Assembly: GCA_964524025.1 (NCBI GenBank)
Contig: CAZGBT010000005.1
Span: 4,554 to 58,893, forward strand
DNA length: 54,340 nt
Source of the DNA: an uncultured archaeon
GTDB lineage: Archaea; Aenigmatarchaeota; Aenigmatarchaeia; CG10238-14; EX4484-224
Direction: 5' to 3'
Both the position numbers and the translations under genes were made by a program. A model generated the notes under the pieces. That model was not told the DNA's origin. It saw only the letters and a list, made by a program, of their open reading frames with translations, and did no database searches. Positions 50,979 to 54,340 of the stretch are shown in pieces. The first letter of the stretch is position 1, and each line of letters begins with the position of its first letter.

Positions 50979-51644
50979 TCAAACCAATTGTGTAACAAAA
51001 AATCCATGGTCAGCTTGATAAGGGTCTAATCTAACAAAGTCCAAAACTTTAAAGTTTTCCTCTAATTTTTCTCTAGCTTCCCTAAAGACTATTGAAGGTC
51101 TTTTAGTTACATCAATACTCCTAGATTTAATAGCAACCATGCCAAACCCTCCTTTTCTAAGGAATTCTAAACAATTTTTAGTAAAAATTTCGACCTCCTG
51201 CGGGTCTGCAACATCGCAATAGACCAAGTCTACCTCAAACGGAACTAGATCTCTGTATTCCTCAACTTTCCTAGCGTCAGCCAAGATTGGCATTATATTC
51301 TTCCTCTTTTCAGCTATCGGAACCAATTCTCTAAGGACTCTACTGCTAATTTCTACTCCAAAGATTATACCTTTTCTTCCAACTATATCGCTAAAATGTG
51401 AAATTGTAGTTCCAGTAGCAGCACCTAGATATAAAATTTTAAATCCTTTTTTTAGCGGAAACTTCTTGAGCCCATTCTTTATAGCTGCTGCTGGCTTGCT
51501 TCTCCATTTATCCCAAATCCTGTACTCAACATTGCCTATCTTTATCAACTTTTCTCCATAAACCTTTTCGCCAGGAACCAAGTTTATAGTAGCTAAATCT
51601 TTTCCTATCTTATAAACACCTTCAAACTTTTCTTTTACCTTCAT
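50979..51644 (-). CDS. flpA: Fibrillarin
   Basis: VYGE, RSK.AAAI, LYLGAATGTTISH, PILADAR. Confidence 0.96.
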   Translation of the reverse strand: MKVKEKFEGVYKIGKDLATINLVPGEKVYGEKLIKIGNVEYRIWDKWRSKPAAAIKNGLKKFPLKKGFKILYLGAATGTTISHFSDIVGRKGIIFGVEISSRVLRELVPIAEKRKNIMPILADARKVEEYRDLVPFEVDLVYCDVADPQEVEIFTKNCLEFLRKGGFGMVAIKSRSIDVTKRPSIVFREAREKLEENFKVLDFVRLDPYQADHGFFVTQLV

Positions 51645-52692
51645 ATTCCTCCATTATTTCTTTAATCCTTTCTTCTAAGTCTTGCTTAAGTTTAGGTCTT
51701 AGTTCTTTAGAATAAAAATCTATTTTAGCGGCCATGCTAAGCTTGCTGGCCAAAGCTCTGGCTATTTTCCCTCTCAGTTTTTTAGGAGCTTTTTGGATAT
51801 ATGGATGAATAAAAATTATACCATGCTTTGGAGATTTTCCTCTACCTCTTAAAAATCTGAACAAAGCTTTTTCTGCTCCCATTAGTTGAATTGTAGAAGC
51901 TGCTGCTTTTGCAAGTTTTTCTAAGCTTCCAGCTTTACTTATTAGTTTTGCTGCAAGAATAGTTCCTGCAATATTTTGCAGATTTGGTGCGAACTCTTTC
52001 AAATTCTTCTCCAAATAATCGACAAGTTTACTTCTTAACTCAAAAAGTTTGAGCAAAGTTTTTGAGTATTCTTTTAGAATTTCTTCGTCAAGATCCTTAA
52101 GCTCGGTCCCCATGCTTCTAGATGCTAAATCTTCCATTCCCTCGATTTTCTCTTTTCTTCCAAATTTTGCAACTAACTCAGCAAATTTTTTGTGATCGCT
52201 TACTACTTTTTCCATTTCTGGAAAATGGTATCCATACCATTCTCTTAACCTTTCAACCAAAATATTAATGCTTTTATCCAACTCTTCTACAGCTCTTATA
52301 GCTTGAATTATAAATGGGTCCCTTCCGATGGACTCTTTTATAGCTATCCTTGCCAATTCGGAACCGGCTAAACTTAAAAATTCAAAGAGTTTGGTTATAT
52401 CCTTAAATTCTTCGTAGCAAAATTCTAAAAAATTCTTCTTAAACAGCTTCTCGACTCTCTCATCATATTCAAACGGAAAGTTGTCTTTTTTTACAACAAA
52501 ATAAACATCAACATTTTGTTTTTTCATTTCTTCAAATAATTCCCTTTCTTCTTCTATTAAACCAAACCTTGACTGCCAAAACTTTTTTGCAGAATAAGAT
52601 GGATCTTTACCAAAAAACTTTTTAGCAATAAGCTCTCCCTTATCGCTTACGCAAAAAACTCCAACTAGATTTGTAAAAATATATGCTTTCAT
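51622..52692 (-). CDS. nop5: C/D box RNP subunit Nop5
   Basis: LREWYGYHFPE, STIQLMGAEKALF, PKHGIIF. Confidence 0.96.
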   Translation of the reverse strand: MKAYIFTNLVGVFCVSDKGELIAKKFFGKDPSYSAKKFWQSRFGLIEEERELFEEMKKQNVDVYFVVKKDNFPFEYDERVEKLFKKNFLEFCYEEFKDITKLFEFLSLAGSELARIAIKESIGRDPFIIQAIRAVEELDKSINILVERLREWYGYHFPEMEKVVSDHKKFAELVAKFGRKEKIEGMEDLASRSMGTELKDLDEEILKEYSKTLLKLFELRSKLVDYLEKNLKEFAPNLQNIAGTILAAKLISKAGSLEKLAKAAASTIQLMGAEKALFRFLRGRGKSPKHGIIFIHPYIQKAPKKLRGKIARALASKLSMAAKIDFYSKELRPKLKQDLEERIKEIMEEYEGKRKV

Positions 52693-52723
52693 ACTTTATT
52701 TTTCAAACTAAAAATTATTCAAT

Positions 52724-52951
52724 ATGGAGTACTTATTTTTAGTGGGCATAGCCTTAATTTTTATAGGTTTTTTCCTGATCCTACTATCGGCATTTTTAAT
52801 GGCGAAAAAGACAGAAGCTGCCTTCGTAGGTTTTATAGGGCCTATACCAATAGGGGTTGCGACTAACAAAAAGTTATTGTATTTTGCATCTATTTTATCT
52901 CTAGTTCTGTTTTTAACTTTTATGTTCATGTTCTTAATGGGCAAAACATGA
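52724..52951 (+). CDS. Small membrane protein (DUF131-like)
   Basis: Two TM helices flanking FIGPIPI. Confidence 0.8.
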   Translation: MEYLFLVGIALIFIGFFLILLSAFLMAKKTEAAFVGFIGPIPIGVATNKKLLYFASILSLVLFLTFMFMFLMGKT

Positions 52952-53679
52952 AAAAGTATTTCTTACTAGCTTCTAAGGATGGATGCATAATAGTTAAGAA
53001 AGAGAAAAAGATTTTAAACACGCATTTTGGTAGGATAGACTTGAGCAAAATCAAAATTGGGAGAAAAGTGAAGAGTCATCTTGGGAAAGAATTCATAGTA
53101 TTAAAACCAAGTTTAAGAGATTTTTTGGAAAAGATTGCAAAAAGGGGTGCTCAAGTTATTTTACCAAAAGACATGGCTTTAATCCTTGCTTACACGACAC
53201 CAAAACCTGACAGTCTTATATTAGATGCTGGTACAGGATCGGCTTTTGCAGCTATTTACTTAGCTAATTTTATACCTAAAGGAAAAGTGGTAAGTTATGA
53301 AATAGATGAAAGGTTTTTTAAGTTGGCTAAAGAGAACTTAAAAGAAATAGGGCTGAAAAATGTTGTTCTAAAAAGAAAAGATGCTACGAAAGGGTTTGAC
53401 GAAAAAAATGCAGATTTAATAATTCTTGACCTTAAGGATGTGATAAAAGTTATTCCTCACGCTTTTGAGTCTTTAAAGTCTGGTGGTTATCTTATCATTT
53501 ATTGTCCTACAGTTGATGAGTTGTTATCGGTTTGCAAAGAATTGGAAAAGTATAGTTTTTTCGAGAGAAAAATAGTCGAAAATATAGTTAGGGAATGGCA
53601 ATTTAGAAAAACGTTAAGGCCAAAAACTATGGGCCTTATGCATACTGGTTTTATAGTTATAGCGAGGAAATTAAGTTAA
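52948..53679 (+). CDS. trmI: tRNA m1A58 methyltransferase
   Basis: KRGAQVILPKD, DAGTGS, HTGFI. Confidence 0.92.
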   Translation: MKKYFLLASKDGCIIVKKEKKILNTHFGRIDLSKIKIGRKVKSHLGKEFIVLKPSLRDFLEKIAKRGAQVILPKDMALILAYTTPKPDSLILDAGTGSAFAAIYLANFIPKGKVVSYEIDERFFKLAKENLKEIGLKNVVLKRKDATKGFDEKNADLIILDLKDVIKVIPHAFESLKSGGYLIIYCPTVDELLSVCKELEKYSFFERKIVENIVREWQFRKTLRPKTMGLMHTGFIVIARKLS

Positions 53680-53682
53680 ATT

Positions 53683-54276
53683 ATGGAAACTGAAAAAATT
53701 AAGAATGCTATACCGGAGGAATTACCTGAACCGGCACCGAGTATTACTCCAGAACTTGTTAAAAGTACTTTGGAAATTTTGGAATCAAAAGGGTTAGTTT
53801 ATCTTACGGAAAAAGCTGCTTATATACCTACGCAAAAAGGATGGAGGTTGCTTACAGAAATTAAAACTGTAAAAGAAGAAATAGAAGCAGTAGGACATAA
53901 AAATTTAGATTTAACTTCTGAAGAGTCAATCAGCTTAACTAAAAGTGAGGAAATTAAAAGCTCTACTATAGGAATTAAAGCTAACAAAGCTGCTAAAGAT
54001 TTGAGGGAAGATTTTAAAAACGCGGCAAAGCAAGGGAGAAGAATAGAAATAAAGATTGAAGTCGATGGCTTAACGGAAACGCTTTTTGCTTTTGGGTCTC
54101 CAGCGCTATTGTTTGAAAGTTCTGATGTTTTAGAAATAAGAAAGGATGATGAAATTAACAAAGCTACTGTAGCTATACTTGCTAATAAAAGCGCTAAAAA
54201 TCTAGGAGAAGAAGTTAAGAAAGCGCTCAAAGAAGGGAAAAAAGTCAAAGTAATTCTAATAGTCAGAGCAGATTAG
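53683..54276 (+). CDS. DUF371-like protein with N-terminal wHTH-like segment
   Basis: A.GHKN, IGIKANKA, FGSPAL, IRK, ANKSA. Confidence 0.7.
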   Translation: METEKIKNAIPEELPEPAPSITPELVKSTLEILESKGLVYLTEKAAYIPTQKGWRLLTEIKTVKEEIEAVGHKNLDLTSEESISLTKSEEIKSSTIGIKANKAAKDLREDFKNAAKQGRRIEIKIEVDGLTETLFAFGSPALLFESSDVLEIRKDDEINKATVAILANKSAKNLGEEVKKALKEGKKVKVILIVRAD

Positions 54277-54340
54277 CTTTCGATTATCTTTACCTTAAAA
54301 TACAAAACATATTTCGTATTATAGAAAAGTGCTTATAAAA

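Noticed and set aside
50801-50995. 64-aa ORF on the + strand
   Set aside because: Overlaps the better-supported Zn-ribbon ORF 50721-50888 and has no motif.

Overview
AT-rich archaeal chromosomal segment made mostly of core information-processing genes. The gene divergence and compactness suggest a DPANN lineage such as Aenigmarchaeota; this is inference only. It contains rnz-cca, DNA ligase, the RNA polymerase/str cluster, polB, ftsZ-secE-spt5-L11, S13-S4-S11-rpoD, pyrBI, gltX, L1-P0-P1, fibrillarin/Nop5, five tRNAs and an unlinked 5S rRNA. Main unusual points: (1) a locus at about 28.4-32.2 kb with a perfect 11-6-11 dif-like site, two winged-HTH genes sharing a promoter motif, arrays of 10-bp palindromes in helical phase inside one of those genes, a Zn-ribbon microprotein and a SelO/kinase-like orphan, which together may be an undescribed chromosome resolution/segregation module; (2) an inferred ~15 kb inversion whose reversal would rejoin L11-L1 and put the tyrosine recombinase near the dif-like site; (3) an in-frame RpoB'-RpoA' fusion; (4) LAGLIDADG inteins in the GTP-binding motifs of FtsZ and EF-2; (5) deviations at normally highly conserved positions of EF-2, S12, L11 and P0; (6) a two-intron tRNA-Leu. 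All calls were made by eye, with no database searches.
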